Assembly: GCA_030390025.1 (NCBI GenBank)
Contig: CM059433.1
Coordinates: 14,510,001 to 14,574,000 of the forward strand
From: Squalus acanthias
Lineage: Eukaryota
Length of the DNA stretch: 64,000 nucleotides
Direction: 5' to 3'
A program made the position numbers and the translations under genes. The notes under the pieces are model-generated. The model was not told the DNA's origin, made no database searches, and worked only from the letters and a program-made list of their open reading frames with translations. Every line of letters begins with the position of its first letter. The first letter of the stretch is position 1. Positions 1-10,974 of the stretch are shown here, piece after piece.

Positions 1-129
1 AGTGCTTTTACTTCCATTCGTTAACATACAACATTTTGAAACTCAAGTCATATCTGCAGATGTCCTATTTTGAAAATAGTTCACAACTGAAGGTGTTTTC
101 AAATCTTTGTAAAACCACAAAATTCTAAC

Positions 130-176
130 CTGTGTCGAAAGGTAACAGGCCGTATTTGAAATTGGGCGAGGGGCAC
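130..176 (-). CDS. Candidate host exon, 47 nt (VPLAQFQIRPVTFRH), unidentified
   Basis: Minus strand ...tttattgatttcAG|GTGCCC...GACACAG|GTTAGA in non-repetitive DNA; joins in frame to the candidate at 1753-1862. No homology recognised. Confidence 0.25.
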
Positions 177-758
177 CTGAAATCAATAAAGCGTGTTCAT
201 GCTTCTCCGATGTTCGAGCCAAAAAAAAACTAAAATGGCAACAATCAGCTGAAATGAAGATTTGATTATTCCAGCCTGCCATTAAAATTCTTTTCACTTT
301 CAGATTAAAAAAAAGCAGATTTGTAGCCGTGTGGCTCCAAGAATTGTTCTTCATGTCATGTTAGGGCTGATTCATGTTTTGAGAATAGACTCTTTATCCA
401 TGAACTACTGAGCAAGATCCTTCACCGGTAATTGCATGTTGCTACATTAAGTAAATACCGTATAAGTATGCAAATACATTTAATTATTTCAGAGGTTGGA
501 ATGAAAAAAGAGGCACCATGTAAGGAAAATATTGTCTATCTTTCATCTAATTACTTTTCAAGAAATTAATTTTCATACTAGAATTTTAAGTTAAACATAA
601 ATCATCATAAACAAATGCCTGAATAATGCATCAACTTTCAGAATTATTTGCTAACACATTTCCCAGTGGCGTTTGATATATTTATTACTGTCCAAGTCCA
701 GTAATGATTGCAAGCAACATGATTTGGAGTTTTTCTCTGGCTGCATAAAGTCGATTAT

Positions 759-1330
759 GGGCCGTATTTTGCGACCCCTACGGGTGCGTATGCGAGAGAT
801 GGATGGGCCTCCGCGGGTGGAGAGTTGCGCTATTTGCCCAACTTCCGCCCGCTGAAAGGCCATGGAATTCTTACGCCTGGTAAAAACAGGCGTGAGGCCT
901 GCACTTACCAGCTTAAGAGTTTTAAAAAAATTGAAAAATAAAATATTATCACTCACTTATACATTAAAAAACCCCTGTCCAATAAGGTAAGTTTATTTTT
1001 AGCCCCGTTAACACATATACATTTTTTTTTCAAAAAGTTACATTTTTAGTTGAAAATATTTAGTTGAATGCCATTTTAATTAATTTTATATATGTCACCT
1101 TTTTAAAAAATGTATTTCATGTGTTCGTGTAATTTTTAAGTCATCCCCATTCATACTTATGACAGTTCCGTACGTACTACTTTTACATCGGGAACTTGCG
1201 ATGTTGCTGGGGGGCTGGGGGCGGGATATCACACCAAAGGAAGGGAGTGTCAGGACAAACTTTTCCTTAATGGGACACTGTTTTAATTCAGAAGTATTTA
1301 GCAAACCATTTTTTCCACTTTTCCCGGACA
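759..1330. mobile_element. Degenerate MITE-like DNA transposon fragment
   Basis: Starts GGGCCGTATTTT, similar to the Harbinger-type termini elsewhere in the window; CpG-rich start then AT-rich core; partner TIR not clear. Confidence 0.35.
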
Positions 1331-1394
1331 CTACAAGTCAATGATAGAGACTGTGTGAACATGCGCCACTGTATTTTGACAGGCTTGCTGGAGC

Positions 1395-1595
1395 ATGGAA
1401 CACTTTGGCACAGGCAGTGGTTGAGGCAGAGACTGTAGCTTCTTTTAAGGGAAAGTTTGATAAATATTTGAAGCAGAGGAAGATACAGGGCTATGGGTAG
1501 AACGGGAGTATATGTGTATTGATCCAGCAAAGAGCCTGCACAGATGTGATGAGCCCAACGGCCTCCTTCTATGCCGTGTATGTCTATGTTTCTAA
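1395..1595 (+). mobile_element. Old CR1 LINE 3' end fragment
   Basis: Diverged match to CR1 3' ends elsewhere in the window (gcagtggttgaggcag...tttgataaatatttg...gggctatggg...gcctccttct). Confidence 0.55.
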
Positions 1596-1752
1596 CTTTA
1601 TTGTATTATTGGAATGTGATGATCTGCTGTTCTTCCTTCCTGGACATTGTCAGCACCTTGGGACGTTTTACTGCATTAAAGGTGTTATATAAATGCAAGA
1701 TGTTGTTGTTGTCAGTGCCCCTTTAAAGGTGTACTTCAGTGAAATTATGTAC

Positions 1753-1862
1753 CTCTAAATTTAGTCTGGGCACAAATTGTGCAAGGCTGGTAAAATTAAC
1801 TTTCCCTTCCATTCCCTGGTGATGTAACCCTTGACTGTACAGCTCAAGCTGAAAGCTCACCA
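1753..1862 (-). CDS. Candidate host exon, 110 nt (VSFQLELYSQGLHHQGMEGKVNFTSLAQFVPRLNLE), unidentified
   Basis: Strong polypyrimidine acceptor ttctcttttcttctccctatgcaacAG, open frame, weak donor GAG|GTACAT; phase-compatible with 130-176. Confidence 0.25.
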
Positions 1863-2131
1863 CTGTTGCATAGGGAGAAGAAAAGAGAATTATTCTGTTC
1901 CTTATGTGTAGCAACACCGTAAGTGCATTCAAAAAGAAGTTGTTTCATTAAACACAGTGACCGTGGTGACTCCTTTAACACATGGGAGATCACAGGCACA
2001 AAATACATTCTACCTCTGCATGGCACAACACACCTTCTTGTTACTTCAGTGTTAGCTTTTTGGCAGATTAAGCTTTTTCCCATCGGATGAATATTATTAT
2101 TAAATGGTTAAGTAACTATTACAATCAGTTA

Positions 2132-2439
2132 GGGCTGGATTTTGTCTTGGGGTCGGGTTGGGGTCGTGTTACCCACATTTCGTGTTGCCCCCCCGACTCC
2201 AGATTAATGTGGATGAATGATGCAATTTTCACTTAATTGGGTAATTGAGTTCCAGCATGTGGGAACCCATGAACCAATTAGTGGTTTAAGTCTGAAAGTC
2301 GCCTCTGATGACTGCAGGTCAGAGACTGACTGCCTGGCTTTTGGTGTGAGAGGACCTGGATGCAGCAGCTCTAAGGAGAGAGAAGGAGAGAGAGAGAAGG
2401 AGAGAGAGAGAAGGAGAGAGAGAGAAGGAGAGAGAGAGA

Positions 2440-2491
<52 letters not shown>

Positions 2492-2501
2492 GAGAGAGAG
2501 A

Positions 2502-2541
<40 letters not shown>

Positions 2542-2901
2542 GAATACTACTACTACCTTCATCACATCTCCGTTGTAATAGTGGACCTGCAGCTGATAGT
2601 CAGCTATCCACTTGTGCTCCCGCCAGGTTTCACTGGCGTGTTTCACATCAGGCGTACTTCACGTCGGAAAAGGGTTAAACTAGCTAAAACGTTTCAAACT
2701 GGCATTACAGAGCCAATTTAGGGCTTTTTAAGGGCTTTAATGGCCTCTCCCGCCTCTGGAGGCGGGACGGAGTCGGGAACCCCGCGACCCATTTTGTCAA
2801 AATTGCGTGGAGTCGGGATGGGGTCAGGACCCCTGAATCTGTTACTTTAACCCCCCATACGCCTCCAAACCCGACTCCACAGGTCATTCAAAATCCAGCC
2901 C
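2132..2901. mobile_element. PIF/Harbinger-type MITE, family A
   Basis: Perfect 12-bp TIR GGGCTGGATTTT / AAAATCCAGCCC, TTA TSD on both sides; internally homologous to 21952-22680. Confidence 0.9.
2374..2543 (+). repeat. (GA)n microsatellite inside MITE
   Basis: Long GAGA run with AAG and ATAT interruptions. Confidence 0.95.
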
Positions 2902-2986
2902 TTAGTGTCTCAGATAGAATTACCATTACCATTGCAAAAAATAGACCGACAGTCAGAAACCAAATCAGCACCTTCACTCATACTTT

Positions 2987-5070
2987 GGTCAGAATTTTCC
3001 TTATCAAGTCGGGTCGGGGTGCGCGCGGGCCGCGTAGTAGGTCGGTACCGCGATGTATTGATCAGCCCGCTCCTCACAGCGACTTTAGTGTAATGGCTAC
3101 TAAGGGAGGCCTGCGCATTTTCCGGCCCTATTAAATGGTGCGGGTCTGATGACGTAATCGATGACTCATTTCCAGCGGGGATATTTAAAGCAGGCTTGGC
3201 CACATCGCATTTGAAGGTTCATCTAGGAGTGCGGAGGGCGGATTGGCGTGGAGTGTCTTGCTGTGCAGAAATAGAAAAATTATTTCCCAAAGACAGAGGG
3301 CTGCATCCACGTTTTCCGATGACTCCCTACATATTCTTGTGGAGGGAGTCAGAGCACGCAGGGAGGTCCTCTCCCCGCTGATGGGCGGAAGAGACCGCCC
3401 CAGGAGACAAAAAGAGCCTGGCTCCAAATAGCTGAGGAGGTGAACAGCAGGGATGTGGTGAGGAGGACCTGGGTGCACTGCCGGAAGCGCTTCAATGATC
3501 TGATGAGATCAGGAAAGGTGAGTGCAAAGCCACACTCACCTTCATCCTGCTGTGCCTGTCACCACATCCCCATCACTCTGCCTTCCCAAGCCTACTGCTG
3601 CACATCATTACTCGCACCAACATAGCTTGCACATTCACCCATCACTCTCTCTCTAAATACATACTCATATCCCCCTCTGACTAACCACCCCTCACACTCA
3701 CCCTCATCTTAATAGAATCTTACCAACTTACACCACAGAAGGAGGCCATTTTGCATTGGCACCTCACTCCCTCTGTCACCCTCTACAGATGTAACCCACA
3801 CAATTCTTAGACTCACGCCATCACTCTCACTCAAACTTCACATCTTCCCCTCCTTGCAGGAGAAGAGAGCCCACAACAGCAGGGAGAGGGAGAGAACCGG
3901 AAGTGGCCCTCCATCCTTCAGCACTTTAACTCCAGCAGAGGAGGTCATCCTGGAGGTCTCAAGAGTTGCGGAGCTGCAGGCGGTGGGAGACAGAGAAAGG
4001 AGGACCTCTCAGCAACCTGGTGACAGAAATATATCCTGTACAACCATGTGACATACAGCAGTCACTCATATAGTGACTGATGTCAGCAGCCAGTGAATGT
4101 TCATCATGTGCATAATGGTATTGTTAACCATGCTTATTGTAACATTTCTAAAGCATCTCTTTACTCTCCCACAGGTCCATCAAGAGCTCCCCCTGCACTG
4201 TCCAGCTGGAGGAGGAGCCTCCAGCCTTTGAGGGCGCACCGTCACCAGATCCAAGCGCACCCAGAACCAGCACAGATACGCACACCTCGGTGGGTCCTAT
4301 GCGAGATAGAGTAGTGTTGCTACCTGGTGTCTCACACTTCACAAGTGAGCAAGAGCAGATGATGTTGACAGCGACAGCAGTGGAGACTCCTCGCTGGAGG
4401 GCGCAGGACACTTCAAGCTCTGCTCAGCTGCATGCAGACGCTGAGCCTCGGGGGCCATCGAGATGTGAAGTTTGAGTGAGAGTGATCCTGGAGGAGCAGC
4501 AAGAAATGCACGAGGCTCTGGCAAGTTTTGCAGCCGCGATGTCTGCAAATGTGCAGAGAATGGAGGAGTCCATCTCCAACATGAGCACCACCATGTCGCA
4601 GGCGATGGCGACGGTATGCTCTTCCATGGAAAGGATGGCCACCTGCATGGAGCAGCTAATGCGCCACTCACAGGAGCACATGGTCTCTGTGGATAACAAA
4701 TGGCAGAGGCTCATAGACCTCCCCTCTAGGAGGGATCTAAACGTAGACTTGGTCCTCATCAGCCCACTGCTGTGCAGCAAGGTGCTCTCCAGCTCCTTGC
4801 TAGCAGGGAATTGCGAGTGGCCCATTAGAGGGATGATGGTGAGAGGGGAGATGGAAGTGGGGGCTCCTCTCAAAACTCTCACACTTTTCCCCCGTTGACC
4901 CCACCCCACCCCGCCCAGTCAGAGCCCCAAATGCTTCCTCGGATCGCGATGGCCGAATCTGCTCCTGCACAGTTGCAGGAGGAGCAGACTTTGGAGGGGC
5001 CATCAGAGGCTTCAAAACCCAGAGGTCATCCGCTAAAAGTGTCTCCGCAGTCACAGCAGGGAAGTGAGAA
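2987..5070 (+). mobile_element. Truncated Harbinger transposon carrying a 3-exon Myb/SANT-like (MADF/MSANTD-type) pseudogene
   Basis: TIR-like start GGTCAGAATTTT. Exon 1 (~3290-3517) reads FSDDSLHILVEGVRARREVL...RRTWVHCRKRFNDLMRSGK with donor GTGAGT at 3518; exon 2 (3860-4019) EKRAHNSRERERTGSGPP...; exon 3 from 4175 with a coiled coil (ORF 4476-4898). Frameshifted. Confidence 0.85.
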
Positions 5071-5192
5071 CTCTGGCATGGATGGTTAACATTGGCATGA
5101 TCAACCAAACTAGCTAGGTTTCCTGCTCACCTGACAATCAAGAAAAATGGGTAACAGGAAAACCCGCCTATTGCCCAGCAATAATAATGATT

Positions 5193-5362
5193 GGGGGCAA
5201 TTTTGACTTTGGGTGATAGTGTAAAAGGGCCAATATCGAATCTACCGTCTGTTATACATCTCTCCCGCTTCTCATTTCTGTTGACTTCAATGAGATGTAT
5301 AACGGGCGGCTGACGTCAATATCACCCATTTTACACTACAGCACAAAGTCAAAATAATCCCC
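5193..5362. mobile_element. ~170-bp palindromic MITE, family P
   Basis: GGGGCAATTTTGACTTTG ... CAAAGTCAAAATAATCCCC fold-back; related to 62752-62929 and the half copy near 10372-10460. Confidence 0.75.
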
Positions 5363-5723
5363 GAGTGATAGTTTTATTGGCGTGAGAAAATTGTATCACA
5401 TTTTGATTGAATGGCATCTGTAAGTCGTGAACAAACCAACTGTCTGAAAAAAAGCCATAGCTGCAGCTAGTTTTCTGCATAATCAAAAAACATATTTTGT
5501 GGATTTGGCTCTCTTTCCAAAACAAACATTAGCCTAAAAAATTGTTTGCTGATCTTCTGGAGTTCAGCCCTGACTAAAGGTTTATAACCCTTTCATCATT
5601 CTTTTTTGGCATCTTTTTTAATTCCTTGCCAAATATAGTCACAAGAGGCCAGAGACTCAAACTTAGAAGCGGAATGGTGGCAGGGAATTTAGATTTAATT
5701 ATGCTTTACACACAGGGTGGTCC

Positions 5724-6014
5724 TTCCACCTAGAAGGACAATGGCAGCAGGTGCATGGGAACACCACCACCTCCAAGTTCCCCTCCAAGTCACACACCAT
5801 CCTGACTTGGAAGTATATCGGCCGCTCCTTCATCGTCGCTGGGTCAAAATCCTGGAACTCCCTCCCTAACAGCACTGTGGGAGTACCTTCACCACACGGA
5901 CTGCAGCGGTTCAAGGAGGCGGCTCACCACCACCTTCTCAAGGGCAATTAGGGATGGGCAAGAAATGCTGGCCTTGCCAGCGACGACCACATCCCATAAA
6001 CGAATAAAAAAAAA
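5724..6014 (+). mobile_element. 3' end of a second CR1-group non-LTR retrotransposon family (family Z)
   Basis: Encodes ...RSFIVAGSKSWNSLPNSTVGVPSPHGLQRFKEAAHHHLLKGN*, then AATAAA and an A tail; near-identical to 54769-55389 and 53455-53787. Confidence 0.85.
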
Positions 6015-6091
6015 CGTGTGGATTGAACTACACACGGAGGCGGATTCAGATGGTATTGCCAATTTTAATCTAAGGTGCCCGGCAAGAACAA

Positions 6092-6252
6092 GGGCTTGGA
6101 AATTAATCTCGAGCGGTGGCGCAAAACGGGCGCTGTCAGATCGGTCGCCCGTTATACACAGCGCCTGACTGAATAACAAGCGCTGCGTACAGCAGGCGGC
6201 CGATCCGACACCGCCCCTTTTTGTGCCACCGCTCGAGAGGAATTTCTAGTCC
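6092..6252. mobile_element. ~160-bp palindromic MITE
   Basis: GGCTTGGAAATT..CTCGAGCGGTGGC / GCCACCGCTCGAG..AATTTCTAGTCC long imperfect inverted repeat. Confidence 0.7.
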
Positions 6253-6646
6253 GAGCTGCGTTTGGATTGGTCGCCCGATTTACACCCCGCCCGATTTTCG
6301 GCTCCATTGACTTTAAATGGAGCCAAACATCAGGCGGGGTTAAAATCGGGCGTCTGGCCCAAACGCAGCCTGTTTTCGCCAAGTGCATCAGGTTAAAAAA
6401 AAGAGAGGCTGGCAAGTACGAGCTGGTTGAACATTTGGTGAGTGACATAGTTGACAGAATGGTGAATTTTTTTTCAGATTTTGGGGACTGTGTAACACAC
6501 ATCGAGGAGGCACCTAGCAGGCTAGTAGTTTACAAAACGTGCCCTTTCGATTCAAATCATACAAGCTTGAATCGCACGTTTCAGGCCAGCGCCTCAAAGT
6601 ATAATCCCTCCCTTATTATAAAACTGTCCGCAATTTACATTTGCAG

Positions 6647-6682
6647 TGGAAACAAGACGCGAGCGCACCGCCAGTTTCTCTG
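6647..6682 (+). CDS. Candidate 36-nt cassette exon (phase 1 reading xETRRERTASFS), unidentified
   Basis: caatttacatttgcAG|TGGAAAC...TTTCTCTG|GTGAGT; length divisible by 3, all frames open, within unique CpG-retaining sequence. Confidence 0.35.
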
Positions 6683-7489
6683 GTGAGTGATCTTATTCAT
6701 CCTTGGCTTGTCCATGGCAGGTTCTGCCAAGCTGAGGAGCAAGCCCAATAGGAAGGCTTCCAACGGGCTCCTTCTGTGCACCGGGTGACGAAAAGATAAA
6801 TAGTATTGCGACAAAAACACGACCAAAACATTAGAGGAGCCCCTTGAAATAATGGAATAATGGGCTGCAAACTCCACGGTTTCCATTCCGCTGCTGTCTT
6901 GGTACATTCGTAATTACATTTTGCAATCGTGCTCAATGTTGCACTAAAAATAACCCGAATTTCTGATTCCAATCACCACCACAGTACTCCAATGATTTGA
7001 AAATTATCTTGCATTTGTGCTTGAGCAGGCTTCTGTCAATTTGAAACTCATTCATTTTACAGAGAGTAATTTACTTATTGCTATTGGGGCTCGGCTCAAA
7101 AGAAATATACTAGTGCGCTGTTTCAAAATTATCTCTTTGAGGCAAAGTAATTAAAATATGCCACATGAAGTATATTTAATTAATTTATCCAATGAGAATG
7201 ATTACAAATTCAAAATCTGTTCCTAAACTATGTGCAGTGCCTCTTGCAACCTCCGCATTGTACCATAAGATCTGGGTTATAAGTCACGCCCACGTGGGTC
7301 TCTATTTTAATAATTGCTGTGGTTGGCTAAAGAAAAATGTTAAAAATCCAGAATTTATACTTTTGTGGCAGCGGTGGAGAAGAACTTGCCTTGTGGGCTG
7401 TATTCCTCAGCTCTCTTTATCATCTTTCTGTCCTTATTTTCAGCTCCTTCCCATTTCCCTCCCCACACTTTTGATTTTCAGTCCATCTC

Positions 7490-7924
7490 TATGAGCAGGT
7501 TGGGCCGATACTCATTGGAATTTAGAAGAATGAGAGGTGATCTTATTGAAACATATAAGATGCTGAGGGGGCTCGACAGGGTAGATGCAGAGAGGATGTT
7601 TCCCCTCGTGGGGGAATCTAGAACTCGGGGGCATAGTTTCAGAATAAAGGGTCACCCTTTTAGAACTGAGATGAGGAGGAATTTCTTCTCTCAGAGGGTC
7701 GTAAATCTGTGGAATTCTCTGCCCCAGAGAGCCGTGGAGGCTGGGTCATTAAATATATTTAAGGTGGAGATAGACAGATTTTTGCAAGATAAGGGAGTGA
7801 AGGGTTATGGGGAGCAGGCGGGGAAGTGGCTTTGAGCCCAAGATCAGCCTTGATCTTATTGAATGGCGGAGCAGGCTCGAGGGGCCGAGTGGCCTATTCC
7901 TGCTCCTATTTCTTATGTTCGTAT
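7490..7924 (+). mobile_element. CR1 LINE 3' fragment
   Basis: RLGRYSLEFRRMRGDLIETYKMLRGLDRVD...RRNFFSQRVVNLWNSLP (CR1 ORF2 C-terminus) followed by a TTCTTATG-type tail. Confidence 0.95.
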
Positions 7925-8276
7925 TCACCTCCTCCTTTCTGGTGTCCTAAGCTTTGTGCCCTTACCTGCATCTCTTTCATCACTGTGCCTGACTTGGCTG
8001 TCTCTGTCCATTGTTTTCTTTCCAACATGAGGCACTGCCACGTTTAATCACACAGCAACAGTGACAGTCAACACGGCAATGCAGCTGGTGCCAGCTGAGG
8101 TGACGAGAGAATGACTGAGATAAATGTGAGTAAATGTTGGTGGAGCCAAAGGAGCAGGGAACAAGCAGTGAGGCAGGGTCAGGGGAATGGAGAACGAGAG
8201 CAGAGGTGCACAGCTGGAGAAGAACATTCAGATAGGACGGAGCAAGAGCTCTGGAGAGACTTTAAGATGAAGACAA

Positions 8277-9067
8277 GGAGCTAAAAATTGGATACCCCCC
8301 GAGAACGGGCGCGGGGATCGTGGTAGGCGATTAACACGCGCCCATTCAAAGTAATGCAGGCAGCACGCAAACCAATTAAAATGATAGTGGCTTGCAGCCC
8401 AGCGCTAAACGCGCTGCTGAGTGGGGTTCTGGTGCACAGTATCAACACTCTGCAGTCAACCACGGACCACTCTGTGGTCACCTGACTGGACGCTGCAGCT
8501 GGGCCTTCTTCTAGGTGTCTGTAGCACCAGATATAGCAGTTCTCCAGGAAGCTCAGACCAGCGCTACGCAGGCTCTGGTCTCCACCATCTCCTTGGACAG
8601 GCTGCGAGGCTGCACGATTGAGGGCTTCATCTGAACCTCCTCCCCCCCACCGCGCCCCCCCCCCCGCCACCTCCACGATCTCCCCCGACCCCCGCGATCA
8701 CCGACCACTCCATCTCTCCCCCCTCCCCATCAGTCACCGATCCCGACCTTCCCCGAACCTCCTGCGATCTCCGATTCTCCTCCGAACCTCCATCTCTTCA
8801 GCCCCACCCGATTCTGACACCTCTCCAATCTTCCCCAACCTCGCTCTATCTACCTGCCCCCACCTCCACAATCTCTCCCCCCACCCCCCGCCCCCCAAAA
8901 TAACTTACCTGATCCTGGGCTGTGGCCTTTTCTGGAGACCAGGCTGGCTTCCAGGCGGCGAATCTGTTTTAAAGTAAACGCGCCCTTCCAGTTTTCTCGA
9001 CAATAACTCCTCCACCCCCCCTCCCCCCCGCCGCTCCGAACCCCCCGCCCCGCTGAATATCGGGGCC
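8277..9067. mobile_element. Harbinger-like non-autonomous element with C-rich degenerate tandem core
   Basis: Right end ATATCGGGGCC is the reverse complement of the start of the element at 27884; C-rich low-complexity core at 8630-8900; left TIR poorly matched. Confidence 0.45.
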
Positions 9068-10720
9068 ATTGGGTCTGAATTTCCTTGGACACTATGGGAC
9101 AATGTGAGGGCAGGGGGTAATAAAGTGGATGGAATAGATCTGACAGGGCAAAGAATCAGGTGGGACCCAGAATGCCAGGTCTCCACCAGGGGAAGCAGCT
9201 GAGCAAGGTTTTCGCTGGGGCCTGGAGTGAGCGGAAGTTTCATCCGACCATAGAAGGCCCAATGATGTTACAAGGAGGTGGGGACGGTGGGGCCACTTCC
9301 CCCACCAGAATCTACACAGCTCCTCTCTCTTTTCCACTCAGCAATCTGAACGCCAGAAAGGTCCGGGTCCTCGCAGCAGCAGATACACTGGTGTTTCCAG
9401 GTCAGGGGTCATGACCTTGAAGACCCCAGAGTTGACCTTTTATGTTAATTTTTTTTCAGGCCCTCTTACAAAAAGGGCCAATCACCTGAAAGAGCAGGAA
9501 TTTCTGGTGAGGGCCCGCCATGGACAGCCCCATGCAGTTGTCCAGTGCTACAACTTTCCCCCCTCCTCCATCTAGCAAGAGCCCATATTGTATCCACGCT
9601 GGTGTGAGCATCCGCTAGAAATATTTAAAACAGATGACCTTCCCCCGACCCCGGATACTGCGGCAAGGTCAGGAGCGGGAGGTCAACAGCACAGCAGGAT
9701 TCCAACTCCGTCACCTCTACAGCGGTGCAGCAGATCTGAGGATTTCTGCTTTCACCACTTTATCTTTTCAAAGTGCACTTACTGGAACTGAGTTTCTGGG
9801 TTTCATTTTCCTGCAATGCCAGAGAATTGATAAGGGTTGTTAAAGAAATGTCCCTGGTTCTTAATTAAAACTAAATTGGATTGTAGATTGCATGTGCCTT
9901 TTAACACTCAAATGTCTATTACTTCTATTTTAACTAGCAGTTATTGATTGTAATGAAAAAAACTCTTTTTCATGTTTAGCAGAGATAATAGCATTGCTAC
10001 TTTTGATTGAAAATCTACAGTACCAAAAAATTACTTTCTCAAAATGATGACCTTCGCCCACAATGGTTTCACTGATGCTGATATTCAACCCTTTCTTTGT
10101 CATATTAATAATCCTTAAAGCTGTCCGATTATAAATCATGCAGTATCTCCATACAAATTCATATCTGATCCACGCATAGAATTACAATGGATGAATTAAT
10201 TTCCTATTAACTGGTATTGTATAGACTTCAATATTTTTTGAATGCCTGAACTAATAAGTCATTGGTTTTGTGAGGCTCAGTGCCCATCGTCACATTTCTC
10301 AGGGGGAGCAGTACATTTCAGAAATCAGTCAGTTACTTTTATGCCAAAGGAAATGTATTACTCAGACATATAGGGGGTAAAATTCAACTTTGGAAAAGAA
10401 AATCGGGCGGGGTGTATAATAGGTGGCCGATCCACTGCCACTCGTTTTACACCCTCACCGATGTGGAATTTTACCAGCGGAATTTCCTCTCTCTGCCACA
10501 ATCTGGGTATCGCCATGGGGTTTTAGCTCTACCTGGTGAAAATCTGGAGTCAGCGGCGTCAAAGATAAAAGGAAATCCTCCTTCCACAAAGGTGCACGTG
10601 ACCCATTATATCATCCGTCATTTCAGAGACTTCCCCAGCCATCAAATGAACGGGACCATTCCCATCTACCTGTACCTACTTATAAGAAAGTTTGGAGATA
10701 ATTCAGCAAAAGCGAGGGGG

Positions 10721-10974
10721 CATAAGGGCATAAGAAATAGGAGCAGGAGGAGGCCATTCAGGCCCTTCGAGCCTGCTCCGCCATTCAATGAGATCATGGC
10801 TGATCTTCTGCCTCAACTCCATTCACCGGCCCTAGCGCCATATCCCTTGATGTCTTTACTATCCATCGACTTCTGTTTTGAATATACCCAATGACTGAGC
10901 CTCCACAGCCCTTTGGGGTAGAGAATTCCAAAGATTTACCACCCTCAGTGTGAAGAAATTTCTTCTCATCTCAG
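10721..10974 (-). mobile_element. CR1 LINE 3' tail
   Basis: Reverse complement of the CR1 3' end (cataagaaataggagcagg...gccattcaatgagatcatggctgatc). Confidence 0.9.

Noticed and set aside
6635..6972. Minus-strand 90-91-aa ORFs as a small membrane protein
   Set aside because: No recognisable family; overlapping frames are both open and there is no supporting gene structure.
10280..10894. 204-aa ORF
   Set aside because: It runs through MITE fragments and the antisense of a CR1 tail; a chance chimeric frame.
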